A DNA stretch of 59,758 nucleotides, filler included, from Candidatus Babelota bacterium (lineage in GTDB: Bacteria > JAGOBX01): assembly GCA_017999075.1 (NCBI GenBank). It is 8 parts of 8 records of this genome, joined end to end, with 100 filler letters (N's around TTAATTAATTAA, not from the genome) between each part and the next. Parts side by side here need not be neighbours in the genome. Positions count along the whole stretch, not along the records: positions 37,579 to 44,914 come from JAGOBX010000168.1; positions 45,015 to 52,338 come from JAGOBX010000169.1; 6 more parts are not named here. One strand, given 5' to 3'. Shown here one piece after another: positions 37,613-48,858 of the stretch. The notes under the pieces were generated by a model. The model was not told where the DNA came from and searched no databases. It saw only the letters and a program-made list of their open reading frames with translations. The translations under genes and the position numbers were made by a program. The stretch's first letter is position 1. Each line of letters begins with the position of its first letter.

Positions 37613-38998
37613 TTATATAAAATCTTCCTTGTAAAATGATTTGAACAGAATATATTTAAAAAATCTAAAAATAAATGAAAATGTTTGTGCCGGATAATAA
37701 AACATCCTTGCAAAAATTTTCAACATATTCAACGGCCTAATATAAAATCTGAGCAACAAATAAAATTCAAGGTTTACAGAATATTTTTCATAATTAGAAT
37801 TTTTAAAAATATTTTTATATGGATATAATGAAAAATCAATTTCATTTCTGAATTTATTAAATAAAACCGTTCCAGGATATGGAATTAATTTACATACGGA
37901 CATCAAATCAAGTTTTAATTTTAAAAATTCATTAATTTTTTTCTTTATATTTTCATAACTATCATAATCAATAATAAAAAAAGAAAACGATTCTATTCCA
38001 TTGATTTTCATCAATTTTAAAACTTCATTGGTTTTTTGAATGTCAATTTTCTTATTGAAAACGGCTTGTGTAGATTTGTCAAGAGTTTCTATTCCGGTAT
38101 AAATCCTTTTACATCCTGCTTCTGACATTTTTTTTATAAGAGTTTCGTCAAGGCAGTCTATTCTGCTAAGGCAGGACCATTGAAACCTTAATTTTTTATT
38201 AATTATCAAATCACATATATCTATAATTCTTTGTTTATTGGTAGTAAAATTATCATCCATAAATCTTATTGTGCCTGGATTGTATCTATTTACAAAATAT
38301 TCAATTTTTTTAAATGCAGCAGGCGCAGGCATTTCATAATAATTATTGCCAAACGAATGAATGCAGTATGTACACGTAAATGCGCATCCTCTAGAAGTAT
38401 ACATTGATATATATGGTTTTGGAGCAAATGGTTCACTGTAATATTTTATATTAATCAATTCATAATCCGGATACGGTTGATTTTCCAAATCAGAAATTCT
38501 GTCTAGTTTAGAATAATCAACAATTATTTCATCAAAATTATTTTTATCAATTATTCCGTTATAATTTCTTTCATTTTTCAATATACTTATTATTCTGTAT
38601 TCAGGTTCCCCGCAAACTACGTAATCTATATCTGAATGTTTTATGATATATTTATAAAACAAAGACGGATAATATCCGAACAAAATAATTTTTGAAGTTT
38701 GAAATGTTTTTTTCAATAACGTTATAGTTTCAATATCATATTGAAAAATTTCAAAACCAGGTTGGGTAATGATAAAATCAGGATTTATACCTGAAATCAA
38801 TTTTAATAAATTTTTCCTATTAATTTTTTCAGGTATACAATCCAACAATGTAACATCCTTGTATCCTTCCTTCTTTAATGAACCTGCAATATATAATAAT
38901 TCAAGTGGGGGAAAAAGAAAATTATGACTATTAAAAGAACACTGGTATCTTCTTATAACAGTTTTATTAAAAGGTAAATTCAGCAGCAATATTCTCAT
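37613..38998 (-). CDS. B12-binding radical SAM protein
   Basis: FPPLEL, CGEPE, TSRGCAFTCTYC, MDDNFT and PYPGT motifs. Confidence 0.9.
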   Translation of the reverse strand: MRILLLNLPFNKTVIRRYQCSFNSHNFLFPPLELLYIAGSLKKEGYKDVTLLDCIPEKINRKNLLKLISGINPDFIITQPGFEIFQYDIETITLLKKTFQTSKIILFGYYPSLFYKYIIKHSDIDYVVCGEPEYRIISILKNERNYNGIIDKNNFDEIIVDYSKLDRISDLENQPYPDYELINIKYYSEPFAPKPYISMYTSRGCAFTCTYCIHSFGNNYYEMPAPAAFKKIEYFVNRYNPGTIRFMDDNFTTNKQRIIDICDLIINKKLRFQWSCLSRIDCLDETLIKKMSEAGCKRIYTGIETLDKSTQAVFNKKIDIQKTNEVLKLMKINGIESFSFFIIDYDSYENIKKKINEFLKLKLDLMSVCKLIPYPGTVLFNKFRNEIDFSLYPYKNIFKNSNYEKYSVNLEFYLLLRFYIRPLNMLKIFARMFYYPAQTFSFIFRFFKYILFKSFYKEDFI

Positions 38999-39028
38999 TA
39001 TTCTTAAAAAATCGGAGTTTGTTTTATA

Positions 39029-39751
39029 TTATAAAATTATTTTGATTGCTTCTTTAAGTGTGAACCTTTTTTCATAAAGAGCCTTACCGATAATTACGCC
39101 TTTAATATTATTTCTATCAGATTGTTTTAATGCTGTTAAATCGGCGAGTGATGAAACGCCGCCCGAGGCTATAATATCGCATTTTACAGTATCGGCAAGT
39201 AATTTTATATTATTAAAATTAGGGGAAGTCATCATTCCGTCTCGGCTTATATCTGTATAAATTATTCTTTTACAACCTATTTTTTCTATATTTTGACTAA
39301 ACTGCAGATAATCCAATTCTGTGTTTTTTATCCAGCCGTCTGTTGCTATATAATTATTTTTAGCATCTATTCCTACGGTAATATTTTCCTGGTAACAAGA
39401 TATTATTTTATTTAAAAAACCGCTGTCTTTAACTGCAGCAGTACCTATAACAAGATATTTTACGCCTATACCTATAAGATATTTTACAGTTTCAATGTCC
39501 CGTATGCCGCCGCCAACTTCAACAGGAATTTTTATTGATTTGATTATTGATTCAATTATTTTATAATTTTTACCTGTACCGTCTTTAGCTCCATCAAGAT
39601 CAACTATATGTATTAATTGAGCTCCTGAATCCTGCCATTCTAAAGCCTGATCAATAGGATTTGTAAAATATTGTTTTGATTGGGAATAATCACCTTGTAA
39701 AAGACGTACACATTTACCGTCTTTTAAATCTATTGCTGGAATTATAATCAT
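39029..39751 (-). CDS. hisA: ProFAR isomerase HisA
   Basis: IIPAIDLKDGKCVRL, HIVDLDGA, VGGGIR, YTDISRDG and IASGGV motifs. Confidence 0.97.
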   Translation of the reverse strand: MIIIPAIDLKDGKCVRLLQGDYSQSKQYFTNPIDQALEWQDSGAQLIHIVDLDGAKDGTGKNYKIIESIIKSIKIPVEVGGGIRDIETVKYLIGIGVKYLVIGTAAVKDSGFLNKIISCYQENITVGIDAKNNYIATDGWIKNTELDYLQFSQNIEKIGCKRIIYTDISRDGMMTSPNFNNIKLLADTVKCDIIASGGVSSLADLTALKQSDRNNIKGVIIGKALYEKRFTLKEAIKIIL

Positions 39752-39769
39752 TTTTTTATAAAATATATT

Positions 39770-40282
39770 TTAAAAATAGTTGGATAATCTGTTAGAACCT
39801 GAATTTTCTCCGCCATTCTTAAAAAATGTTTTTAACGATATGTAATGAATTAAAGAAAGCCTCCATAATTTAGTATCTGGAGTTTTTATAACAGTCCATA
39901 TTTTATTTTCAGATTGAATATATGATTCTATAATATCAGAAGCTACATCGTTAATACTTTTTTTATATCTCTTAACAGGATGTTCGCTGAATTGAAGCTT
40001 ATAGTTATTAAAAAAAAGTATTCTCGCTTCAATTACTAAATCTTCTTCTTCTGCAAGTTCGTTCAAATTATAATTTATTTTCGGAGAAAATAATAATTGC
40101 GGTGAAACAATTACAGATCCGTCGCGGCATAAACACATGTCATCTCTGAATGGAGTTTTACCTATAACTGAAAATGCCAGTTCAGAATAATCATGTATCG
40201 CACATTTTGTAAAATTATCTTTTACAATTTCCGTATTATCAATTATATTTTTTATATCTTCGTTAGAGATTTTATTATTCAT
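39770..40282 (-). CDS. Hypothetical protein
   Basis: 170-aa ORF co-oriented with its neighbours. Confidence 0.65.
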   Translation of the reverse strand: MNNKISNEDIKNIIDNTEIVKDNFTKCAIHDYSELAFSVIGKTPFRDDMCLCRDGSVIVSPQLLFSPKINYNLNELAEEEDLVIEARILFFNNYKLQFSEHPVKRYKKSINDVASDIIESYIQSENKIWTVIKTPDTKLWRLSLIHYISLKTFFKNGGENSGSNRLSNYF

Positions 40283-40358
40283 TTATTAATAATTATACCT
40301 TAATAAAGTTCAAAATCATATATTTTTTTAATTTTAAATAAATTTATATAAAAATCAA

Positions 40359-41135
40359 CTATTTTAAATCCAAATTTAATTTTTTTTGTTTTTTGTGCAA
40401 TTCTCTCAGTTTAATATATTTTACAGTCGGATAAAATGAACATAAAAAAGACCATACAAAACCAGGATATCCGTCTAATAAACCCAATTGCAAAATATAT
40501 CTTTTAAAAAATTCTAACGGAGTTCTAAAAATAATTTTAATAACAGGAGATTTTTTGTTTTTAGCAAATAATTCTTCTGCGCCATATTCTGTATAAATAT
40601 TAAATTTCTCAAAATAATCGAATATGTCTTGATAACTGTAATGTAGTATTTCATTTTTCAAATGTTTTACTCTGCCTGTTACAATAACGCTTTCATGAAC
40701 CTTATTGGAATTAAAATTACCGTATTTTTTATTAAAAACACGAAGTTTACATTTAATGCATGAACCGCCCCATTTTAATTTTTTATCAAAAAATATAAGA
40801 GAACTTTTAACCGTAAAACCATTATAACTACTGCTGTATTCATCTATATTTTTAATAATTTCATTCTTTAATTTTTCCGTAACTACTTCATCAGCATCTA
40901 TCGAAAATATCCAATCATTAGCAGTCTTTGAAACAGCAAATTGTTTCTGTTCTCCGTATCCGAAAAATTTATTATAAAAAACTTTGCATCCGAAATCCTT
41001 GCATATTTTTACAGTATTGTCTTCGCTTCCAGAATCAACAACAATAATTTCATCACACCAATTTACAGATTTAAGAGTTTTTAAAATACGCGATTCTTCA
41101 TTTTTAGTTATAATCACAACACTTATTTTATTCAT
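40359..41135 (-). CDS. GT2 glycosyltransferase (WaaE/KdtX-like LPS beta-1,4-glucosyltransferase)
   Basis: ISVVIITKNEE, VDSGSED, SIDADE, VHE and GLLDG motifs. Confidence 0.9.
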   Translation of the reverse strand: MNKISVVIITKNEESRILKTLKSVNWCDEIIVVDSGSEDNTVKICKDFGCKVFYNKFFGYGEQKQFAVSKTANDWIFSIDADEVVTEKLKNEIIKNIDEYSSSYNGFTVKSSLIFFDKKLKWGGSCIKCKLRVFNKKYGNFNSNKVHESVIVTGRVKHLKNEILHYSYQDIFDYFEKFNIYTEYGAEELFAKNKKSPVIKIIFRTPLEFFKRYILQLGLLDGYPGFVWSFLCSFYPTVKYIKLRELHKKQKKLNLDLK

Positions 41136-41193
41136 AAATGCTTACCTTACTATTATTATATTATGGTCCAACATAATATTTATATATACAAGT

Positions 41194-41766
41194 TTATAAC
41201 AACTTAGGTATGTAATTTATAGAACTCATCAATCCGAATATCATTATTAAAACTGCAATAAAAGAAAATACCAAAAATAATGCAAATACAGGAGCCGCTA
41301 TAATCATAATACTGCGTATATATCCCGTATTATAATTAATTTTTATAATTTGAATCTTTAAAATTAATACCCATAAAACAACTAATATTATAAATATTAT
41401 TGAAAATTTGACGGACAATATTGACGCAGGTGCATATAAAATAAAAGGTGCTAATGTCATAAAAATACATTTAAAAAATATTTTGAATTTTCCTGTGCAA
41501 CCAAGTAATAATGCTGATAAATGAAAAATAATGCTTTCAAATAACACTATAAAAAACAATAAAATAAATCCTGTAAATATAAAAACAAATATTTCCTCTA
41601 TAGAACGAGGGGTGTTTTTAATGTAAAGTTTACCCGTAGAAAAACTCAATGATGATAACAAAAAAAGAAATAAAACTGATTTAAAACTTATATAATATTG
41701 AATATTATAAATATTTTTATTTTTAGAAAATAATATATAATTATAAACATAAAACAGTTTATCCAT
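41194..41766 (-). CDS. Multi-pass membrane protein (Yip1-like)
   Basis: About 5 hydrophobic segments; IFHLSALLLGCTGKF pattern. Confidence 0.55.
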   Translation of the reverse strand: MDKLFYVYNYILFSKNKNIYNIQYYISFKSVLFLFLLSSLSFSTGKLYIKNTPRSIEEIFVFIFTGFILLFFIVLFESIIFHLSALLLGCTGKFKIFFKCIFMTLAPFILYAPASILSVKFSIIFIILVVLWVLILKIQIIKINYNTGYIRSIMIIAAPVFALFLVFSFIAVLIMIFGLMSSINYIPKLL

Positions 41767-41885
41767 AAATTTATTTTACCTTTTCTTATTGATTAATTAT
41801 ATTAATGGTCTCTATCAATTCATTATGTCCCTGCAATATATTCTCTAACCACATAAAAAATCTAAAACATATCGTATTTTTAGAA

Positions 41886-42650
41886 TCATCTCAAATAAGC
41901 GCACGTCTGAGTCTGGCTGCACGCATACAATTTTATATCATTCAGATTATTGGTTTCTAAATATTTTTTCATTCTGTTGAATGCTATTTCATAAGTGTTA
42001 TGTTCCTCTGAAATATGATATAACATAATAAATTTTAATTTTGATTTATCAACGTTATCAACAAGTCTGATAGCATCATCATTAGATAAATGACCAAATC
42101 TGCTTTTAATGCGCTGTTTCAAAAATAAAGGTCTCTCGCTATGAATCAACATTTTATCGTCATAATTCGATTCTATTATAATTCCGTCTGATCCGGAAAG
42201 TTTATTTACAACAAGACCTGTTACAAATCCTAAGTCTGTAACAATTCCAACTTTATAATTATTTTTTTTTACAATTAATCCTATCGGATCAGCCGCATCA
42301 TGTGAAACTGGAAAACATTCTATTTCAAACCGTTCAATATTAAAATGTTTTTCAATTATATTAATTTGAGCTTTATTGAATTTATCCGATACTGCACATA
42401 ATGTTTTTGATTTAATATATATCGGTATCTGATATTTTCTCCCAACAATTCCTGCTCCTGTCACATGATCTGAATGTTCATGGGTTATGATAATTCCTCT
42501 GATTTTATCAGGAGATTCTCCAATTTCGTCTAACCTCCGGGCAAGTTCTTTTCCGCTAATTCCGCAATCAATTAAAATACTTGATTCATCATCGCACAAC
42601 AGTATAGAATTTCCGGAACTGCCGCTTGTCAATACAAAAACTGAAAACAT
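41886..42650 (-). CDS. MBL-fold hydrolase (YycJ/WalJ-like)
   Basis: SGSSGN, THEHSDH, SHDAADP, TDLG, IESNYD and GHLSN motifs. Confidence 0.9.
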   Translation of the reverse strand: MFSVFVLTSGSSGNSILLCDDESSILIDCGISGKELARRLDEIGESPDKIRGIIITHEHSDHVTGAGIVGRKYQIPIYIKSKTLCAVSDKFNKAQINIIEKHFNIERFEIECFPVSHDAADPIGLIVKKNNYKVGIVTDLGFVTGLVVNKLSGSDGIIIESNYDDKMLIHSERPLFLKQRIKSRFGHLSNDDAIRLVDNVDKSKLKFIMLYHISEEHNTYEIAFNRMKKYLETNNLNDIKLYACSQTQTCAYLR

Positions 42651-42687
42651 GGTGAATTATTCCAATTGTTTATAAATTTAATAATCG

Positions 42688-43710
42688 TTATTTTCCAGAG
42701 CCGGTATTTTTCTGTTCTGAAGCTTCAGCAAGTTTATTAGTAATCATTTTTATTTGTGTGAAACTTTCATTGAAAACTTCAATATATTCAGTCACTTCGT
42801 ATTCTATCAAATCAGCAAGCATTACATTATCTTTTGATTCAAATGCATCAAGAAGTTCCTGCATTAATTTTAAATAATCATTCAAATAATCTTGTAACGA
42901 TTTATCTTTAATCTTGATTGCCGAATAATCTATGCTTAATGAATTCTGAAGTTGAGAATAAAAATTTATAACAGTTTCAAGAAATAAAAATTTTTCTTTC
43001 AATTCATTCATTGCTCCTGCAGATTCTCCTATTTGAAGCTTTTCTGAAACTGCAGTCAATTCATTTTTTAAAGTTGAAAGTTTATTCTGGCAATCTCCGA
43101 TTTTTTCCAAAATTTCATCAAATGACAATAATGTTTTTTTCGATTTTAATTCTGTAAACAACAATGCCGTATTAGCTATCAGTTTTGAATTTAATTTCGA
43201 AATAGTTCCGTCTGTAAAAAATAATTTTATTTTCACAGGATCTAAAATTCCTTCCAGTTCATTCAAAGAAAATATAAAATCTCTAAAAATTTCAATGTCA
43301 TTTTTTATTTCCAGAACTTTCGCTATATTTTCAATAGCTTTAACACACCAGCCGAATCCGTCTTTCAACTGAGTAAAGATTTCCAACAACTTATTATCCG
43401 GAAATTGTTCCGGATTAATTTTGATTTTTTCAATATGTTCATCTATTCTGTCAGAATAATTTTTCAATTCAGCTATCGAATTTAATGTCAGTATTTCTAT
43501 ATGCTCACTTTCAATTTCTACTTTATTTAAATCATATACCTGCATTTTATCATGTATATTTTCCAAATACTGCTGACCATTAATCAATATCTTCAGCACA
43601 ATATGTTTTTTTTTATACAACCAGTTTCTCAAATCTTCAAGTATGCTCTTAAAATCTTCATCACCCTGAATTTCAAAATTAATTTTTTCTTTATTTATAA
43701 TTATATCCAT
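42688..43710 (-). CDS. Conserved hypothetical helical protein
   Basis: 340-aa acidic, helical ORF ending DNVMLADLIEYE; GGAGG RBS. Confidence 0.7.
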   Translation of the reverse strand: MDIIINKEKINFEIQGDEDFKSILEDLRNWLYKKKHIVLKILINGQQYLENIHDKMQVYDLNKVEIESEHIEILTLNSIAELKNYSDRIDEHIEKIKINPEQFPDNKLLEIFTQLKDGFGWCVKAIENIAKVLEIKNDIEIFRDFIFSLNELEGILDPVKIKLFFTDGTISKLNSKLIANTALLFTELKSKKTLLSFDEILEKIGDCQNKLSTLKNELTAVSEKLQIGESAGAMNELKEKFLFLETVINFYSQLQNSLSIDYSAIKIKDKSLQDYLNDYLKLMQELLDAFESKDNVMLADLIEYEVTEYIEVFNESFTQIKMITNKLAEASEQKNTGSGK

Positions 43711-43783
43711 TAAAAAAATGCCTCCTGAAAATTTTAGGTTAAAATATATGCCATTTATTTATAAATTTCTTGACTTTCATTAT

Positions 43784-44902
43784 TTATCTTTTCAATTCAC
43801 TCAATACGCAATTCAGCAGTTTATTTGCCGCATTCCACCAGAAAAACCTTTTCATTTCCACAGCAGCAGTTTGACCTTTAATTTGAGCAGCTTTATAATT
43901 TGTAAAAATTTCCCTCATAATCCGCCTTAATTCTTTTTTTTCCGGAATCCTCCAATTCCCTTTAAGCCCGGCATAACTTTTATCATCTTTTACCGGCCGT
44001 GTTTCCAAATTCTTTAATAAGTAACAATTTTTTTCATTAATAAATTCTGTTGTCATAGAATAATTTGTAGCTATGCACGGCATACCTGTTGTCATACATT
44101 CAAGCAACCGCAATCCGCTTGCTTCTGCTTTATAAGGAAATATTCCGCAATTCATATCATTATAAATACGGGCCAACTGATGAAAACTCTGAACCGGATT
44201 AACAATAAATATTGTTGAATGTTCAGGTTGATCTTTAGTATAAATCTTATGTTTGTTAGTTACAAATCTTAACAATTCAGGTAAAAAACTTCCTGTCATA
44301 AACGGATTATGCCACATACAATACAATTCTACATTTTCTTCAGGAGAAAATTCTTCGCAAAACGATTCAACAGTCAATTGCTGATTTTTTCTTGAATCCC
44401 ATTTACCGATAGAAAAAAATTTAAACTTATTTTTTGCCGTAAACTCAAAAGATTGTTGTTTTCTCGGTTTAAAAATAGAAAGATTGACTCCCGGCTGTAT
44501 TACCGCAATTTTTTTTATGTCATATTTTTTTAAAATTTCCGCCTGCCACTTTGATGGAACGCATATAATATCAAGCTGTTTTAACTGATTCACCCATGAA
44601 TTTTCAAGCTCATCGCTAAAAAAAAATGTAAACCCTATTTTTTTCCCTCCAGTAAATCTAAACATCTGGTTTCCGTTCGAAAATATTATTCCGGTATTGT
44701 CAAATCTCATTTTTTCAAGGCGGCTGAGCATTTTCTGAATTTCATCAAATTCGAGTTTCTCAACTCCAGTCAATTTATGAAAGGATGGAGCAAGACATAC
44801 TTCAAGATGTTTATTCAGTTCAAGTGATATATTTTTGCCGTATACTCCGTATGAAAAATTACTTATTTCTGTAAAAATATTTATTTGCAAAACATTATCC
44901 AT
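43784..44902 (-). CDS. GT4-like (GT-B) glycosyltransferase
   Basis: VPSKWQ, PGVN, GKWDSRKN and AEASGLRLLECMTTGMPCIAT (EX7E-type). Confidence 0.85.
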   Translation of the reverse strand: MDNVLQINIFTEISNFSYGVYGKNISLELNKHLEVCLAPSFHKLTGVEKLEFDEIQKMLSRLEKMRFDNTGIIFSNGNQMFRFTGGKKIGFTFFFSDELENSWVNQLKQLDIICVPSKWQAEILKKYDIKKIAVIQPGVNLSIFKPRKQQSFEFTAKNKFKFFSIGKWDSRKNQQLTVESFCEEFSPEENVELYCMWHNPFMTGSFLPELLRFVTNKHKIYTKDQPEHSTIFIVNPVQSFHQLARIYNDMNCGIFPYKAEASGLRLLECMTTGMPCIATNYSMTTEFINEKNCYLLKNLETRPVKDDKSYAGLKGNWRIPEKKELRRIMREIFTNYKAAQIKGQTAAVEMKRFFWWNAANKLLNCVLSELKR

Positions 44903-44914
44903 TCTAATTTTTTT

Positions 44915-45014
44915 NNNNNNNNNNNNNNNNNNNNNNNNNNNNNNNNNNNNNNNNNNNNTTAATTAATTAANNNNNNNNNNNNNNNNNNNNNNNNNNNNNN
45001 NNNNNNNNNNNNNN
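44915..45014. other. Artificial contig linker
   Basis: N44-TTAATTAATTAA-N44. Confidence 0.99.
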
Positions 45015-45957
45015 ATATGAATATTAAAAATACAGCAGTAACGCGTAAATAAGCGTTATATCCTTCGAACCCTGTTAGTTTTCTCCAAAATATACGCCAG
45101 TAATCTCTGTCAATACTTGAACCGTAAAAAAATGGCATTATTGAAACAAGTATTTTTTTTGGTTCAAATGACCAGTAAGTATAAAAATTATAATCTCCCA
45201 TTGAATCTGATCTTACTGTTAGCTTAGCAAATTCGAATACATCCTGGAAATAAGGATATATAACTGCTCCAAAAAATATAATTGAAAAACAGAACAATAT
45301 AATATATTTGATTTTTTTTTTTTGAGAAATAAATGTGAAAACAAAATATAATATTAAAACAAAAATAGTGTAGAAAACAAATTGAGGTTGACCTCCGAAA
45401 AATTGAAGGCTGAGCAGTAAGCCTATTCCTGCCGACCATCTTATTTTCAGAGTTTCATTAAGGTTAAATAAACACCAGAAAACACCGGGAAGATAAGGGA
45501 TTGAATTTATGATTGTTATGTGTCCAAGAAATACACAGGTTATGGAAAAACCGCCTAAAGCAAAAATTATGCCTGATACAAATCCTGATAAATCATCTCC
45601 TGTAATTTTTTTTATCAACAAGAACATGAATGTTCCTGCAAGAATAAAATTAAGGCATATAGATAAATTTATCCCGATAGACGGAGAAAAAATTACAGAT
45701 AAATATGTCAGTGGATATAATGGCGCATTTTGAATCATGGAATAATACGGCCTGCCTCCGAATGTATAAGGTTCCCATTGCGGAATTTTATGATACATTT
45801 GAAAATAATTATGGAGATATGTTCTGTAGAAATAAAAATATCTTGTTATGTCAGAACCTGATATAACCTTATTTTTATTTAGAAATGAAGGTATATAGAT
45901 AATAAAAATAATCAGGAAAATTATTATTAAAAAAAAATATTTGCGGAATGATATCAT
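45015..45957 (-). CDS. YfhO-like GT-C membrane protein (3' truncated)
   Basis: GSD...IPQWEPYTFGGRP...LYP and GGQPQ motifs; many TM segments. Confidence 0.75.
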
Positions 45958-48341
45958 CTGAATTTATGTTTTAGATAAATGCTGACAAACGCAGCGCAAA
46001 TATAAAAAAATGCCGCAAGAAATAATGTTATTTTAAATCCTGCATTCATTGCAAATATAAATGAGAATATTGAACCGAGAACCGAAGTTGCTCCGTTTAC
46101 GGCCCATGCCCACGGGATTATGGATTCATTTTTATAATTACCAAGGACTTTAACTGCAAGAGGAAATGGCATTCCAAGAAGAATTGAAGGCGCAGCCAAT
46201 GTGAAAACCGCAATAATTATTTTATAAATATGAGGAAGATCAATCATAGTGTGGAAAAATATATCAATAATAAAATTATATATTACTAATACTATAATAA
46301 GCAATATTATAATTTTAATAATATAATCTGAAAGCAGTTTGGCTTTGAAATAATTCGTGAAATAACTTCCGATACCTGAAAAAATAAGCATTGAAAATAA
46401 TACTACCGAAAGAGCATATATTGGGTGGCCTAAAAATAAAATATATCTTTGTATCAAGGATGTTTCAATCAGCATAAACCCCATTCCGATACATGCAAAA
46501 TAAGCGAGTATATTAAGTATCTTAAAATCATTCATATCTTTTTGAATTTTAATTATTATTGGAACAAGAACTAATGCTGTTGTTAATAATAATATTATTA
46601 AAAAAGAGATAACCAGAACAAAAACTGCAATATAATTATAAGAATGACCATCACGGATATCAAGGGCTTTTAAAAAATCTTCCGGTTTTAATAAATGAAA
46701 AAAGAACGGTTTATCGTCTGTTGTTGGAGAAATATCAAATTCATATTCTTTATAAAATTTTTCCGGCGAATCCGTAAAAATCAAATCTGAAAAATAATTA
46801 GGTTCTATTTTTCCGCTTGATGGGATGTATTCTATTTTAAAATTTAATTGTTCGGATATTTGATTTATTTTTGAGGTTTCTTCATAAGTAAATGCTGATT
46901 TTTTAAATAAGAAAGTTACAGTATTGTATTTGTTTCCGGGAATGTGTGAAATTATTATTATATTTTTATGAACTCCGTTTATTGATAAATTTTTATATGC
47001 TGCAAGTGCCAGACTTAATGCGCGAAGAGATTCTCTCGGTTTTTCGGGAAAATAAAAACGGGTAATTGTAAAAATACCATCGTCTGCAAGTTTATCAAAA
47101 TAATCCTGAAATGCTTCAACTGTATATAATGAATTTTCAGCAAGAGCCATTGCTCCGGAATTTATAGCAGCCCAGGTATCAACCATTGATAATTGTATGA
47201 TTTTAAATTTGTCTTTAAACTTTCGGATAAAACTTCTGCCGTCTTCAAGCACAAAATTAATTCCTTTTTGTTTATAGAGATAATTTGTGAATTTTCCGTA
47301 CTGTTCATTTATAATATCTCTTATAATAGGATTTATATCTACAGCATAAATTTCTGAAACACCGCAGATTTTCGCGCCAAGTACGTCTTTACCAGCTCCT
47401 GCTCCGATAACAGCCATAGGAGATTCTGGTTTAAGAAGATATGCCAGCGCGGTAATGGAATATTTTAAAAATTCTGCTTCTGAATCAGAACCGTTGTATC
47501 CTACCATCGCCATTCCTGCGCAGGCGTCTATATCAAGAGTTTTAAGATCGGGCAGATGTTTCCCTTCATAAACAGAACTTAATCCCCAATCAAGGAATCT
47601 TGTAGGATAAACTGCAACGCGTGAAAAAGCGTTCCATTTTGAGTATTCCACATCATTTTCATAATGTCCTTTTACAAATTTGATCTTAAAAAAATTTTTG
47701 AATTTGTTTTCGCTGAAATTGAAATAAAATGCTGCTGCTAAAAAAATAAAAATCAGGATTGAAAATATTTTTTTTAAAACATTTCCGTTTGAAGAAAAAA
47801 TGATAGTAATGGGAACAAGGCTCATTATGACTGCAATAAAAATTATTGAAGATTCCGCTCCGAAAATATTTATAACAGGAATAAATGTAAGACAACCTGC
47901 GGCAGCTCCGATTAAATCAAAAAAATATAATTTGCTGATATGTTCTGATTTGAAAGTTATTAAAATTGATAATCCGTATGCCGTTAGAAAGAAAGGTATC
48001 ATCATATTGAAATATATGAACCCTAAATACAAAATATCAGATAGGTTAGCCCTCAGATAAATTTTTGAGTTGAATATTATAAAAAAAGAAATTAACAGAT
48101 AAATAGGGGCTGCAATTGAAGTGAAATATATGTGATTGTCTATTTCATCGTTGGCAATATGATTTTTTCTGAAATATAAGAATAATCCTGCGCAGCTCAT
48201 TCCGAGCATAGCTATTGAAACCGCCATAAATGCAAAATGATACCATAAAATTACACTGAATAATCTGGTCATCAATAATTGCAGCATTATTATCGAACAG
48301 GATATTAAAAATGCTACAGGATAATATTTTTTTATATTCAT
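45954..48341 (-). CDS. Membrane-embedded spermidine-synthase-like / SAM-binding protein
   Basis: TM blocks flanking VIGAGAGKD, VDINP, EDGRSF, ENSLYTVEAF and TDDKPFF; C-terminal AWAVNG. Confidence 0.85.
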   Translation of the reverse strand: MNIKKYYPVAFLISCSIIMLQLLMTRLFSVILWYHFAFMAVSIAMLGMSCAGLFLYFRKNHIANDEIDNHIYFTSIAAPIYLLISFFIIFNSKIYLRANLSDILYLGFIYFNMMIPFFLTAYGLSILITFKSEHISKLYFFDLIGAAAGCLTFIPVINIFGAESSIIFIAVIMSLVPITIIFSSNGNVLKKIFSILIFIFLAAAFYFNFSENKFKNFFKIKFVKGHYENDVEYSKWNAFSRVAVYPTRFLDWGLSSVYEGKHLPDLKTLDIDACAGMAMVGYNGSDSEAEFLKYSITALAYLLKPESPMAVIGAGAGKDVLGAKICGVSEIYAVDINPIIRDIINEQYGKFTNYLYKQKGINFVLEDGRSFIRKFKDKFKIIQLSMVDTWAAINSGAMALAENSLYTVEAFQDYFDKLADDGIFTITRFYFPEKPRESLRALSLALAAYKNLSINGVHKNIIIISHIPGNKYNTVTFLFKKSAFTYEETSKINQISEQLNFKIEYIPSSGKIEPNYFSDLIFTDSPEKFYKEYEFDISPTTDDKPFFFHLLKPEDFLKALDIRDGHSYNYIAVFVLVISFLIILLLTTALVLVPIIIKIQKDMNDFKILNILAYFACIGMGFMLIETSLIQRYILFLGHPIYALSVVLFSMLIFSGIGSYFTNYFKAKLLSDYIIKIIILLIIVLVIYNFIIDIFFHTMIDLPHIYKIIIAVFTLAAPSILLGMPFPLAVKVLGNYKNESIIPWAWAVNGATSVLGSIFSFIFAMNAGFKITLFLAAFFYICAAFVSIYLKHKFR

Positions 48342-48344
48342 AAT

Positions 48345-48791
48345 TTATAAAAAATACCTCGCTACAAGTATCAACCCTGAAGTCAATAATGCTGTTCCTG
48401 TAATTCTCATAAAAACAAGCATATTGCGTAATCCTATTTTTTCTGTTAATGCAGGAGAACTATAAGGAAAAAATATAAGACCGGAACCGAAATCTATGGA
48501 TAACATAACAGTTATCCAGTAAAAATATTTTTTCATCAGAAAAAACATTACCGGATAAATAACAAGACTCATCATTACAGAGGTTCTTGAATGAGGATAA
48601 TATTTTTCTGAACGTTCTAAAAATATTTTTATATTGTCAATATGAGTTCCTTTGCATCCGTAAAAAATCGCTTTGTTGAAAAATTGATTTTTGCCGTAAA
48701 TTACGCTTAAGTCTTCTTTTTTTTTTTCCGTGTTGCACCACAGACATTTATATTTTTCATTCGTTTCCATAACACAAAACTTCTTCTGCAA
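48345..48791 (-). CDS. Hypothetical membrane protein
   Basis: N-terminal CxxC and C-terminal TM segments; co-oriented in the gene run. Confidence 0.6.
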   Translation of the reverse strand: MQKKFCVMETNEKYKCLWCNTEKKKEDLSVIYGKNQFFNKAIFYGCKGTHIDNIKIFLERSEKYYPHSRTSVMMSLVIYPVMFFLMKKYFYWITVMLSIDFGSGLIFFPYSSPALTEKIGLRNMLVFMRITGTALLTSGLILVARYFL

Positions 48792-48858
48792 AATATTTAG
48801 AGAATATGATAATAGTTTTAATTTTTATGTCAATAATAAATTGAAAACAAAATCATTA

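Noticed and set aside
48717-48728. Homopolymer tracts as phase-variation switches (also near 33245 and 54049)
   Set aside because: A/T runs are expected in such AT-rich DNA and the reading frames are intact.
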